Shown piece after piece: positions 51,714 to 64,000 of a DNA stretch of 64,000 bases. The translations under genes and the position numbers were made by a program. The notes below the pieces were generated by a model that saw only the letters and a program-made list of their open reading frames with translations, was not told the origin of the DNA and made no database searches. The stretch spans positions 42,408,001 to 42,472,000 of the forward strand of contig OZ024742.1 of the NCBI GenBank assembly GCA_964016885.1, read 5' to 3'. Source of the stretch: Eledone cirrhosa. Taxonomy: Eukaryota. Each line of letters starts with the position of its first letter. Position 1 is the first letter of the stretch.

Positions 51714-51778
51714 AGTCTCATGGGGTAATGATATATACTTTCAATCCAACAATCTAAGTTCAAATCTCAGTGGGATCT
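51714..51778 (+). pseudogene. Second, more decayed tRNA-Gln pseudogene
   Basis: gtctcatggggtaatg..actttcaatcca.caatctaagttcaaatctcagtgggatct. Confidence 0.6.
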
Positions 51779-51779
51779 T

Positions 51780-52400
51780 GCCCACTTGTTTCTGAGAGGG
51801 AGTGGGGTCCTCAAATACTCCTTCCAGTGGGTCCTTTCAGAAGCAACCTTCTCCAGCTGATCCCCAAGTGAGACTATTTGAGCTCATGGATGTAATCTAA
51901 CTAGCCTGGGACTCCTGCTCGTTTAATCTGTCCTACGATTCTTTTCTGAGACATTCTAACCACATGCCCATAGTATTGGAGCTGTGATGTCTCAATTTGG
52001 AGAAGTAGTGGTTTTACCTGGAGTGACTCTCTGATCTTCGAGCTATGCACTCTATCCAGTAACATTACTTCAAAGACTCTTTGGACCAACACATTTCGGC
52101 CGCTTGTATTTGCAATCATATTTTTTTGGCTATTACCCAAGATCCATGACCATAGGTAATGGTTGGCATGAAAACCGAATTGAAGCTAGCGAGTTTGGCT
52201 TTTACACATACCTCCCTTCTGATTACCAAATGCTGAAGCTGGTGCATTACTGCACTAGCTCCTGCAATTCTTGCATTTAATTCAGCCTCCTGCCTTCCAT
52301 CACTTGTGAACACGGCCCCAAGATACTTGAGCTTCTCTACCTGCTACAGTGGAACTCCATTCATATGTGGATTACACTGCACAGGCTTTCTTGATGGAAT
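51780..52400 (-). pseudogene. RTE LINE 3' fragment (family of 30640-33475)
   Basis: FTSDGRQEAELNARIAGA, IRESLQVKPLLLQIE. Confidence 0.85.
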
Positions 52401-52917
52401 CATAAGGGTGTCTGTCATACATGACCCTTTCCGGGTCTGAAGAATTTGAGAGAGAGAAATCAACTCCAGTACTGGACTGGTACTTTTTATCAATGACCTC
52501 AAAATGAGGAAAGGCAAAGTTGGCCTCAGCAGGATTTGAGTGCAAAGAGCATTCTATCCAATGTATCCATTGACTGCCAATTTGCTACCTAATAACAACA
52601 GAAAAAGTAAAACAAAAAATTACTTGAAAAAAAAACTTGAGTAATTAATTAGTTAATTAAATTATTTCTTTATTTCTTCACAAAATGACAATGAACAAAA
52701 TATGGTATACATTAACATAATTTGAGTATTTGACAAAAATAAATATATGAGAGCATTACAATGTATATATGTGGATATGTGTGTGAAGGTATGTATTGGT
52801 ATCTATATGTGAATTAGTATATATACAGAGCACTCAAAAATTACTATTTTGGTGCACTTATTGCTATTCAAAATAGTGATTATTGAGACACCCTCTGTGT
52901 GTGTGTGTGTGTGTATA

Positions 52918-53970
52918 TACGTGGGTGAACTGAAAGGTTCACAGGCTGACTATTAAGGAGTGATGCTAGAGCTGTGAAATCTTGCATGTATTAATTTCAA
53001 CTCTTCTTATCAATAACACCATTGTTTCTTCCCAAGTAAACTGACATCTGACTGTTCAAAAAAGACTACGAAAGTAATTAGCGACCTCTTGAAAATGGCC
53101 AAAATTAGGCACCGTGGTGTTATCAAGTACCTGCAGAAAAAAGGTTTAGCCCCCAAGGACATTCATGTCAACAAGGTTGCTACTTTAGGGGATGACTCTT
53201 CAGCTTTATCAACAGTGCAACTGAATTTAGGAGGTCTTGAAGATGACCCAAGGTCTGGACATCCTGCAAATGCCACCACCAAGGAAAACATTGACCTTTT
53301 TCACCACATGGTGATTGACAACAGGCGCTTGACTATAAATCAAATAGTCAATGCTATTAACATATCCCATGAACTTGGCATGATGAAGATTTCTGCTTGG
53401 TGGGTGCCACGTTTTCTGACACCTGATTAAAAGTGCACTAGACTGATCACATCACAGGAAAATCTAACATTGTTTGAGGAAGACGCAGCTGGTTTCCTTG
53501 ACCACTTCCTAACCCAGGATGAGTGTTAGGTTCATCACTTTCAGCCAGAGACAAAGAGACAATCCATGCAATGGAAACACCCCCTCCTCACCTTGGCCTC
53601 AGTTTTTTTGGGATACAGAAGTCATTGTTTATTGACTACCCTTAAAAAGGCCACACCATCAATGGTGAGTCCTATGCCAACACAGTGAGGCAATTGCGAA
53701 AGACTATCAAGTCGAAAAGCCAAGGAAAACTGCTGAAAGGGATCTTGTTTCATCAAGACAATATTCTAACACACAGGTCTCTGCTTTCAATGGCTGCTGT
53801 GTTGAGTGGCTTTGAATTGGTTGATTACCCTCCTTATTCTCCTGATTTGTCCCCATCTGACTATCATCTGTTCATGAAAAAATACTTGACTGAAAACCAG
53901 TATTGCAATGATAATGATGTCACATATGCTGTTGATTACTTTTTTTAACCAACAGGATAAAAGCTTTTCC
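52918..53970 (+). pseudogene. Decayed mariner transposon
   Basis: LEDDPRSG, WVPRFLT, TQDE, LFHQDN, PPYSPDLSPSDYHLF; left end TA|cgtgggtgaactgaaaggttc; right end not found. Confidence 0.88.
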
Positions 53971-54872
53971 CCCATTGGGATCTCATATATATATATATAG
54001 ATATATATATATTATAGAGAGAGGTGTGAACCCAACCATGACACCAAGCAGTTTCCATTTAGTATTGCGGCTGGGTTCATACCTCTCTCTGTACCCACTC
54101 TGCATCTTCCCATGCATTGAGTACTCCCATTATTTGAGGTCTCCTTGGTCTCAGCACCACAGACTCTCTCTCTATATATATATATTTGCGTGATTAGTGG
54201 GTAATGCCAAAACTTAGTTACAAAGTAATATAGATATAATGTTGGATCACTGTCAGTTCTGAAAATCAGTGTACCGATTCATGTTCTTCAGCAAAACTTT
54301 TTATTTCACATTGCTCTATATCCCTCAGCTGAAAATAAGTAACAGCAGTAGCTGGGGATTAACTCTGCGAAAGATTGGCATTATACCCAGGCTGAATCTT
54401 GTTCTCTCAGCCACTTAATGCCAATTAAGCCAGGATAAGCTCTGGCTTGATGAGCCTCTGAGCGTCAGACAGATTGTTTTTTTAACAAAAAACTGAAACA
54501 ATAGCTCACTTGCTTTATCTGAAGTTTATGGCAGAATTGAAGAAAAAGCCAACAGTTTGCAATGTTTCATGTTACATTTGAACCTTTTAATAATGGTATG
54601 AAAATGTCTCTAACTTGATGCCAGATATTTCACAATATAAATACATTTCACTATAGCTCTCTTTCTTTCTCTATATATATATCACAATATATAAAATATA
54701 TAAAAGTAGTGGACGGAATAAGAATTACAAATTTATTAAAAGGTTTTAAATTAGAAAAGGAAAAATGAGTTATAGAAAATCATCACAAAATATATGTAAA
54801 AATAATAAATAATATATATATATAAGTCTGGCAAACGCAACACTCAGTAATAAACACTTGAATAAATAACAT

Positions 54873-54980
<108 letters not shown>

Positions 54981-55393
54981 TAAAAGCATTTATAGTTAAT
55001 ACTTGAGTACATTTTAAACAATATGAGAAATAAAAATATAGGAATACCCTTTGATTATTTGGCGAAATAAATATTTATGTAAAGATCTAATACAGCTTTT
55101 TCTTTAAAAGTTTTCGCAAAACGTAATTAAATTATATATGTGGTTGGTATTATGAAGAGCATCCAGCCATAGAAACCTTGCCAAAAAATGAAACGTATGA
55201 TCAAAATGTAGTTCTTCAACTTATTTAGCCTCAGAGCGTGACATGTCCAAGCCATGCCAGCATGGAAATTGGACATAAAATGATGATTATATATATCAAC
55301 ATTTCGTACATTGACATGTCAACAGAAACTGATATTAACCCTTTTGTGCGACTTAAACCAATGTATGTATCACCAGCTAAGTAACCACATTAA

Positions 55394-55593
55394 CCCATTA
55401 GCATTTAAACTTGTCGTATCCAGCTAGAATTCTTTCACCTCTTCCTGTTCAAACTGGCCATAACCAGTCACTCATACTGACATTGGCCTCAAAATAAATA
55501 TTAACATCATAAAAATCTCATAGATTCCATATTATGTGACATAAAGCCTTTACCATGAAAATATAATAGTAGAGTAATGTAAATGCTAAAGGG
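55394..55593. mobile_element. piggyBac-like MITE
   Basis: TTAA|CCCATTAGCATTTA...TAAATGCTAAAGGG|TTAA. Confidence 0.85.
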
Positions 55594-56484
55594 TTAAATA
55601 ATATTATCATTACATCTTAGAGCCTTACTGGAACTAATTATCCAGAAACAGCCTCAGCAAAGTAAACAGCTGCAAGTCGTTCTTCAAGGCAATTTGTTCC
55701 AGCCTTGCTGCAGCTATTAAGCCTGCTGATTTTATTATTGGCCCTCATTCAGTTGACTCAATCAACTCAGACACATAAATAGGGGGCAATTCTAACTCCA
55801 TCTTCAACACATCAAAACTGAAACTCATCTGTCTGGTAAATAAAACTCACAATTTACAGTAAATCAAATAAACAATTTACAGTAACCATACAAGCAAGGA
55901 AAACACATAAAATTGTGGTGATACTATAATTCAACAATCGTTTTAAGGCCATCTTCACTGCTAAAGCAGGCTTAGCCTTGTAGGATCCATGACAAGCTTC
56001 ATACCCATTATAGGGTCCTTTTTGAGGCAATATTTTACAGCTGGATGCCCTTCTTAGCACCAACCCTTTTAGTTGCTTTTACAACGCACAGATACGTATC
56101 TATATTAAACTGCATACACACAGTATAATGATACTGTAAAGGGGAATAATAATAATAATAATATATAATATATATTTATCTGATTTATATATGATGTTTA
56201 CACTATTTTCATGTAAAATTTTGACAATTTATCATGTTTAGAATACAGCATGAAACTCAAAATATGGACGGAATGAATAAATAGCACAATTGTATATAAT
56301 TAAAAAATTAATTTCTTAATAAAAAATAATAATATATATAATTAGTGTTAAAATTCACTTTTAAGATTTTTGTATAAAAAAATATGAGACATTATAGGTT
56401 CTAACTTAAGGTAAAGGAATTACATAAGACACTCTAATTGGATGTAAACCAACGTATGTATCACCTGCTAAGTAACCACATTAA

Positions 56485-56667
56485 CCCTTTAGCATTTAAA
56501 CTGGCAGTATCCAGCTAGAATTCTCTCACCTCTTTCTGTTCAAACTGGCCATAACCAGCTGCTGATACTGATGTTAAGGTATTGTTCTCAAAATAAATAA
56601 TATCAAAATCTCAGATTCAATATTATGCAAAATAAAGCCTTTACCACAAAAATACAATAGTAAAGGG
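56485..56667. mobile_element. piggyBac-like MITE
   Basis: TTAA|CCCTTTAGC...TAAAGGG|TTAA. Confidence 0.8.
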
Positions 56668-57459
56668 TTAAGGTAAAAAAAATTATATAAGACACTCTAA
56701 TGGGACTTAAACCAATGTATGTATCACCTGCTAAGTAACCACATTAATGATTACACCTCAGGTAATCTGACATTCTATCTCATTAAATTAGATACTAAAA
56801 ATTGTTTCTGCTAATTTAATGGTATTATTTTATATCCACAAGATAATTTGTTAGTTATTTAGTACTAGCAGAAAAGGTGATTCTACTTATGGCTAACATC
56901 ACAAAGTATCTTACCTTGGTACAATGCTTGTAATATGAAACAATTTCATGAATCATATTATCTATTAACTACCAGGATTTTATTATAAATGATTATTGAT
57001 AACAAGTATATTGTATAGTATGTATGATCCCGTAACTCCTGATAGAGTCGTAGGGGCGCCGTATTGACATACTTGGGCATTTTAAGCCTGGTGGAACCCC
57101 TCCCTCTCCAGGCCTGAGTACTGCAGATTTCTTCCAGAGAGAGGAAGAATTGACCCCAGTACTAGACTAGTACTTTATTGACCTTGAAAGGATGTAAGGC
57201 AAAGTTGACCTTGGCAGGATTTGAACTCAGAGAGAAGAGAGCCAGAACGAACCATAAAGCATTCTATCTGACGTTCTAATGACTGCCAATTCGCCACCTA
57301 TATTGTATATACACATGAAAACCAAGCAACTAATCTGATTTACAAAATATCACTTCAAAATATATGGTACAAAGCAAATGCATGTAAAATGGCAGTGTGA
57401 CTTAACATAATCAGAAATGACATGATTAGAGAGGCATTGTAGGACATGGCACATATATA

Positions 57460-57870
57460 GGTGTAGTGGTGGAGATGGTGGTGGTGGAGGTAGTAGCGAT
57501 GGTGGTGGTGGTGGTAGTGGTGGTCGCGATGATGGTGGTGTGTGGTTAAGCAAGGACAATAGGTCTGCTGACGTGGTGGTAGTGATGATGGTGGTGGTGG
57601 TGGTGGTGGTGGTGGTGGTGGTAGTGATGATGGTGATGTATGGTTAATTAAAGGACAATAATTCTGCTGACGTAGTGATGGTGGTGGTGGTGGTAGTAAT
57701 GATGGTGGTGGTAGCGATGATAGTGGTGTGTGGTTAATGAAGGACAATGGGTCTGCTGACGTGGTGGTGTGTGTGTATGATCAATCAGGCACTATAGACT
57801 TCTGACACTGATGGTGGTGTGTGGTCAATCAAGGACTATATGTCTGCTGATGGGGTGGTAGTGGTGGTGG
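57460..57870. repeat. Minisatellite of (GGT)n tracts separated by tgtggttaa..aaggacaat..tctgctga
   Basis: About five diverged units. Confidence 0.85.
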
Positions 57871-58009
57871 TCAGTGGCAGTAGAAGATAATGTATACCAG
57901 CAACCTCAACACTAATATCACGGCAAAAAATATTAATGTTAACAAGAACACTACAAATACTACTATCAAACAACAACACCAACCACCACCACCACCACCA
58001 CCACCACCA

Positions 58010-58860
58010 CATGGCTTCTAATTTAGACACAAGGCCAGCAATTTTAGGGGAAGGGGAAAGTTGATTAAATCGACCCTAGTGTATTACTGGTACTTTATTT
58101 TATCGAGCTCGTAAGGATGAAAGGCAAAACTAACCTCGGCAGGATTTGAATTCAGAACGTAAAGAGCTGCAAATCATGGTGTCCAACGCTCTACCGATTC
58201 TGCCAATACACCGCCTTTTCCAATAATAATAATAATGATGATTTCTAATTTAGGCACATGGTCAAAAATTTGTGAAATGGGGAAGTTGATTATACTGACC
58301 CAGTACATGACTGGTACTTTATTCTATCAACCTCGAAAGAAAGGCAATTCTTGATATCAGAATGTAAAGAAAAGAAACAAACACTAGTAGACCCTTTGTC
58401 TGACACTAACAATTCAGGTGATGTAGTAGAAACTCGTATAGAACTGTTGGAGAAATAATTGTTTCTAATATAAGCACAAGGCCAGCAATTTTAAGGGAAT
58501 GGAAAATCAATTATATCAACCCCCAGTACTTTATTTTATTGACTATGGATGAAAGGCAAAGTTGAGCTCGGTGTAAAGGGACGTAAATAAATACCACAAA
58601 ACATTTTGTTCGATACTCTAATGATTCCACCAATCCACTACCCTCCACTGCTAAACAAATAATAATAATGATAATGGTTTTTAATTTAGGCCCAAGGTCA
58701 GCAATTAAGCTGTGAGGGTGGAGAGAATTGATTTGTATCAACTCCAGTACTTGACTGGTACTTTATTTTATTAATCCCAGAAGGATGAAAAGTAAAGTTG
58801 GCCTTGGCAGGATTTGAACTGAAAATGTAAAAAGCCATAACTAAATGCTGCAAACAGCAT
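58010..58860 (-). mobile_element. Tandem array of four diverged family A SINEs
   Basis: Repeated tttctaatttagg..caaggccagcaatt..ctggtactttatt..atgaaaggcaaa. Confidence 0.8.
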
Positions 58861-59071
58861 TTTGTTTTGTCTGACGAAAAATGATAATATATGATGCAGA
58901 CATGGCTGTGTGGTTTAGGAGTTCACTTCACAACCATGTTGTTCTGGGTTTAGTTCCAGTGTACAACACCTTGAGCAAATGTCTTCTATTATAGCCTTGG
59001 GTTAGCTAATGTCATGTGAGTGGAACATGATAGACATTGCAGAAGCTTGTCATAATATATGTGTATGTATA

Positions 59072-59890
59072 TTGAAAAAAAGGAAAAGAATGACTTCACT
59101 TGTAGTGTTAAAAAATTTATGATTTAATGTTATAATATAATATTATAATATTATGAGTTGGTAGATCCAGTAAGTTCTTTGTTAACTTTGGTGGGATATA
59201 GGGAAGTGAATATGTGAGCCAGCATGTACCCCCACACTTCCTTTCCCAGATCAATATCAACAACACATCTTTGACAAATATTCCCAAACTATCCTTCTTT
59301 TCTCTTTTTCCTGTCATCCCATTCTTATCAAAAGACATGTATCTTACACCTCATTAAAACCCAGACAAGCACATAAATTCATCTTTGATATAGAAATCTG
59401 TAGAAGATATTCTTTATGGATTTGGAAGAGTGGATTCAGCTATGCCATTATAAACTCATCAAAGGTCAGCTAATGAAATAAAAACCAGCAGGAGAGTAGG
59501 TTTACGACTACCTTCTCAAACACCATTATCTTACAACCTCACCATTTTCTGAGTGTATATATGTGTGTGTATGTGTGTGTATGTATGTATACTTTAATTC
59601 CTCCGGACCTTCATCATCATCAACACATATTAACACCACACGCCACGAACCCAGACACATCCAAATCTCTCATATATTCAACACAACCTGATCTCAGTTT
59701 GACAATCGCCACAGGCAGACGAATGCGAGAAAGTTCTCCAACCCAAGTTAACCAGGAATCTCTAAAATTCTTCCCACCGAAGTTCACAAAGAACTTACTG
59801 GATCTACCAACTCATAATATTATATTATAACATTAAATCATAAATTTATAACACTACAAGTGAAGTCATTCTTTTCCTTTTTTTCAAATA
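59072..59890. repeat. ~120-bp inverted repeat pair (59072-59196 / 59772-59890)
   Basis: aaggaaaagaatgacttcacttgtagtgtt..ggtagatccagtaagttctttg and its reverse complement. Confidence 0.85.
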
Positions 59891-60069
59891 TACCTAACTA
59901 TACCAAGGATCTCAAACATTTTCCAATATATATATATATATATATATATTACTTTACTCTGTTTCCTGCGCCAACCCTGAATACCACATCTACAATGGAT
60001 GATATCCATCATGATTTGCTTACCAGAACTACCGGTTCTACAATTAGCTGATCAAAATAACTTAAGTGG

Positions 60070-60105
<36 letters not shown>

Positions 60106-60644
60106 ATATATATACATATATAAATAGGTGGGGGTGTATCTATGTTTATGTTAGTGTTTATGTCTTGTGACATTTTAACAAAAAGAAGATTGATAAAATA
60201 AGTACCAGACATGAAGAAATAAGTACTAGGGTCAATATGATATACTAAATCAAGGCGATGAAATCAATAAAAGAATAGGATGACTGAATCATATATCGAA
60301 ATCATTGGATTGTAAACATTTCTTTGTGGTTGATGATCGTGGATGCTGAAGAGAAGAAATTACCACTTGACTCAACAGATCAGTTCACCATATACATCAG
60401 GTGGAATCAAAACTGCTTAAGGAACTGACCACTGGTAACAAGAAACAGAGAGGAGAAAAAACACATAATTAATATATAAGTATCTATAAATCATTGATAA
60501 AGACATTATAAGCATCAATTTGAAATAGAAAAGACAAACAAATATAGTAGTAGGGCTGATACTACCCTCAAAAAGGTTGTCTGTCAGTTTACCAAATTCT
60601 AAGTTGAAAATTATATCATTTATGGGAATTGGCTACATAACATT

Positions 60645-61060
60645 TAATTCAGCCTCCTGTCTTCAATAATTCATGAAAATGACCCTGATATACTTGAACT
60701 TCTCCACAGGCTTCAGTGAAACTCCACTCATATGCAGAGTGAACTGTACTAATCCTACACCCACCAGTTTTCATAACACATTCAACATGACTGCATGTCA
60801 ATCCTGTCAATGAAGATTATGAACATGTAAGTGACAATATGTACTCCTGGCAGAGTCTGACACCCATATTAAGAGTTTCAACTTAGCCCCATTTATCTGA
60901 ACACAAATACTAGGGCATTCATATGAGGAGAAGCTGTCTGTTGATCCCATACTCGTGCAGAACTTTCCACAACAAGTCTTGCAGAACACAGTCATTCATC
61001 TTTTTGAGATTCACAAAACATGCATACACTTCCTGAGCAAGATGTGGTCCTTTCACCTGG
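60645..61060 (-). pseudogene. RTE LINE RT fragment
   Basis: EVYACFVNLKK, DLLWKVLHEYGIN; similar to 32370-32930. Confidence 0.75.
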
Positions 61061-61973
61061 CTATTCTCGAATTGTGCCAACCTATCTAACACATGCCAGC
61101 ATGGAAAATAGGTGTAAAACAATGATACAGAATGTTAAGTTGAAAGCCCATCATAGGTTTATTTTATCAAGGGCTAATTTACCTATGATATACTTCTTTA
61201 TTGTTACCTACATAGGTTTAACCAGCCTCCTATGAAGTTTCCTGGGTGTTTTAATGATGAAGGCCCCAGTCATATCATGTCATCATTTTTTCAGTGACAG
61301 GAAGTAGAATGTGAAATCAGAAGGCACAGAGCTGAGCGGGAACAGCTAATAATTCGGTCAAACCACTGCCCCTGAACTAGTAATTTATTTATCAATCGAA
61401 AATAGTGAAAGGCCAAGTTGACATTGGAGGGATTAGAACTCAGAGTTCAGAGAACTACAACAAATATCTCAAGGCATTTAATTCAAAGCCCTAATGACTC
61501 CGCAAATTTGTTGCCTTTATACCACATTGAGAAGCTTTCAGTGGTGCTTCAATAACCCAGTAGATTAAGGATATCATACATATCATCATTATCATTTTAC
61601 ATTGGCTTTCCATGGTGTCATGGGTTGTGACTGTATGAGACTGGACAGTTTGGGGGGACCACATCTTGCTCATACATTCTATATTTTGGCATGGTTACTA
61701 CAGCTGGATGCCTTTCCTAATGCCAACCACACTACAGAGTGCATTTTATCTTGGTATCAGCACTAGAAAGGTTGTCATGTACTCAGTAAGACTGAAGAGT
61801 CCTCTCTACCATATTGTCTTCGATTATCAAGCACTTTACAGAGTGTATGAGAGATTGTCACAATAAGTTCTCTATATGTCATCAGTGTTATAAAGTGCAG
61901 GGAAAGAAGTCCGAGAGCTAAGGTAAAAAGGAGAGAGAAAGATGTTGCCATAGTAACTACAAAATGAACTTAC

Positions 61974-62065
61974 CTTTAGAAGAGGACCCCCACAAGCCAG
62001 TGCTGTAAGTGTTAGAAGAGACCTCACTGTCCAGAGCTGAGCGGGTACCTGGTGTTGATGTATAC
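61974..62065 (-). other. Candidate 92-bp host exon
   Basis: cctttcacattcag| acceptor and AAG|gtaagt donor; two frames open; no homology recognised. Confidence 0.4.
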
Positions 62066-62202
62066 CTGAATGTGAAAGGAAGTTAACAGCTATAGCAGTA
62101 ATTGTCTAGAATTATCATTATTACCATTACCATCATCAATATCATTACAACATTTTGAAGACCAGAACTGTGCACAGCAGTATCACACATACACATATAT
62201 CC

Positions 62203-62303
<101 letters not shown>

Positions 62304-62334
62304 TTACTCAAGGAAAGAACACATCACCCGGTCC

Positions 62335-62722
62335 GAGTTCAATTCTCAGACCGGGTGATGCGTTGTTTCCTTGAGCAAGACACTTTATTTCACATTGCTC
62401 CAGTTTACTTAGCTGTAGAAATGAGATCATAGGACTGGGGTCCAAATCATTCCACTACAAAGTGGTCGTGGAGGTGCCACGGCAAAAAAAGCACCCAGCC
62501 CACACTGTAGAGTGGACATGTAGGTGCCACGGGAAAAAACCACCCAGCACTCACTGTAAATGAGGTTGGTGTTAGGAAGAGCATCCAGCTGTAGAAATCA
62601 AGCCAGAATCAGTTCCCGTATGAGCAAGACAAGGTCAGCCGACTGGACACTGCCCACAACAGGACAACCCATCTAACCCATGCTAGCATGAAAGAACGGA
62701 CGTAAAATGGTGATGATGATGA
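62335..62722 (+). mobile_element. 5'-truncated CORE-type SINE
   Basis: Matches 40668-40900, with internal duplication and a different (gat)n tail. Confidence 0.85.
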
Positions 62723-62864
62723 TATATATGTGTGTGTGTGTGTGTGTTCCAGTTTTTAGAACAGGTACACTGTATCCCTGAATGATGTAAGAAGCAACTG
62801 ACAGGGTTGGGACCAAGAAAGGCATCCCGTCCAACCCATGCCAACATGGAAAATTGAAGGTAAA

Positions 62865-62901
<37 letters not shown>

Positions 62902-63091
62902 CAATTGATATTAAATAAATGGAAACTATATTTATAAAACCATATTTATTCTATTATATATATTTCAAGGGTACCAAAAATTTTGGTACGCTATCATCAG
63001 ATAAAATACAAAATGTTTTATAAATTTAGACATAGCCAAGGATAATATACCTTAACGGTTCAAGTTATCCCTGGAAAGTGAATATATATAT

Positions 63092-64000
63092 ATCATCATC
63101 ATCATCATCAACGTTTAACGTCCGTGTTCCACGCTTGCATGGGTTTGGACGGGGGTAGTCCCACTTGAGGCAAGAGTGATTGTCTTGCTCGCATAGGACT
63201 GTCTGGCAGGTTTTCTACAGTTGGATGCCCTTCCCAACACCAACCACATTTACAGTGTGGGGCTGGGAGGTTTTTACCGTGTTGCCTACACGGCCACATT
63301 ACAGCGTGGACTGTGTGTTTTTTTGTCGTGACACCTACACGATCTCATTTGTTTCGGCCTGGATGGCGCGGCACCAACATAACTTTACATAGAACGGGGT
63401 GGTGTGGATGGGGTGGGGGTGGTGGCGGGACGGGGTGTATTTTGTTAGAGATGCCTACTGGCAAGGCGGGTCTTCTCTGTTACTGAGTACCGCCAAAGGT
63501 CACGGTCCAGTGACATTGTCTTGGAGAGGTGTAAGTGTGTGAGGTCGGAGTTTATCAGCTCATCCCATGTTTTTCTAGGTCTGCCTATTCCGTGGCTACC
63601 GTCTATCTTTATTGCCCTGCACTTTGTAATACAGCTATCGACTTTCATGCGCATCACGTGTCCATACCAACGCAGCCTTCTCTCGAGTAAACAACATCTG
63701 ATCCCTCTTATCTCTAATTTTTTCCTTAGTTCGTTTATGCTTTGCCGTTCATGTATATTACTGTTACACATCCAGCGGAGCATGCAAGCTTCGTTCCTCT
63801 CTAGTCTGCGTATATCCTCTGCACACAATGCCCAGGTCTCACTACCATGCAACATTGCTGTTCGTATGCAGGCATCGTACAACCTGCCTTTCATTTTTAG
63901 GGAGAACCCTTTAGCAGCTAATAGTGGTATAAGCTCTCTGAACTTTTTCCAACCAGTTCTGACTCTAGCTACAGTACTTTCAGAGCACCCTCCCCCACTG
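63092..64000 (-). mobile_element. RTE LINE 3' end (runs off the window)
   Basis: GRLYDACIRTAMLHGSETW..RLRWYGHV..GRPRKTW; (gat)n tail at 63092-63110. Confidence 0.9.

Noticed and set aside
55760-55830. LDL-receptor class A-like peptide (DEFQ..CVEDG)
   Set aside because: Interrupted by stops and lacks the cysteine pattern
57460-57870. Repeat-spacer pattern resembling a CRISPR array
   Set aside because: Spacers are (GGT)n, repeats are degenerate, context is eukaryotic and no cas genes are present

Overview
Eukaryotic, AT-rich, microsatellite-dense DNA made almost entirely of transposable elements; the SINE families and (TA)n density suggest an octopus-like cephalopod (inference). No host protein-coding gene is recognisable, only a few candidate minus-strand exons. 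The centrepiece is a near-intact Penelope-like element (Neptune type, minus strand, ~2883-11075). It has a 424-aa ORF1, then an RT/GIY-YIG ORF2 in the -1 frame, with an HIV-1-like U_UUU_UUA slippery site in the short overlap, and inverted pseudo-LTRs carrying a U3-A8 variant hammerhead ribozyme. ORF2 is split by a very young 2.7-kb non-coding LTR element (553-bp LTRs, one visible mismatch, non-canonical end). The rest holds further hammerhead motifs and fold-back insertions at (TA)n, RTE and CRE-type LINE relics, a SINE sharing both ends with a neighbouring RTE LINE, tRNA-SINE arrays, hAT and piggyBac MITEs, Helitrons, a mariner relic and two tRNA-Gln pseudogenes. Everything was read by eye; boundaries of decayed repeats are approximate.
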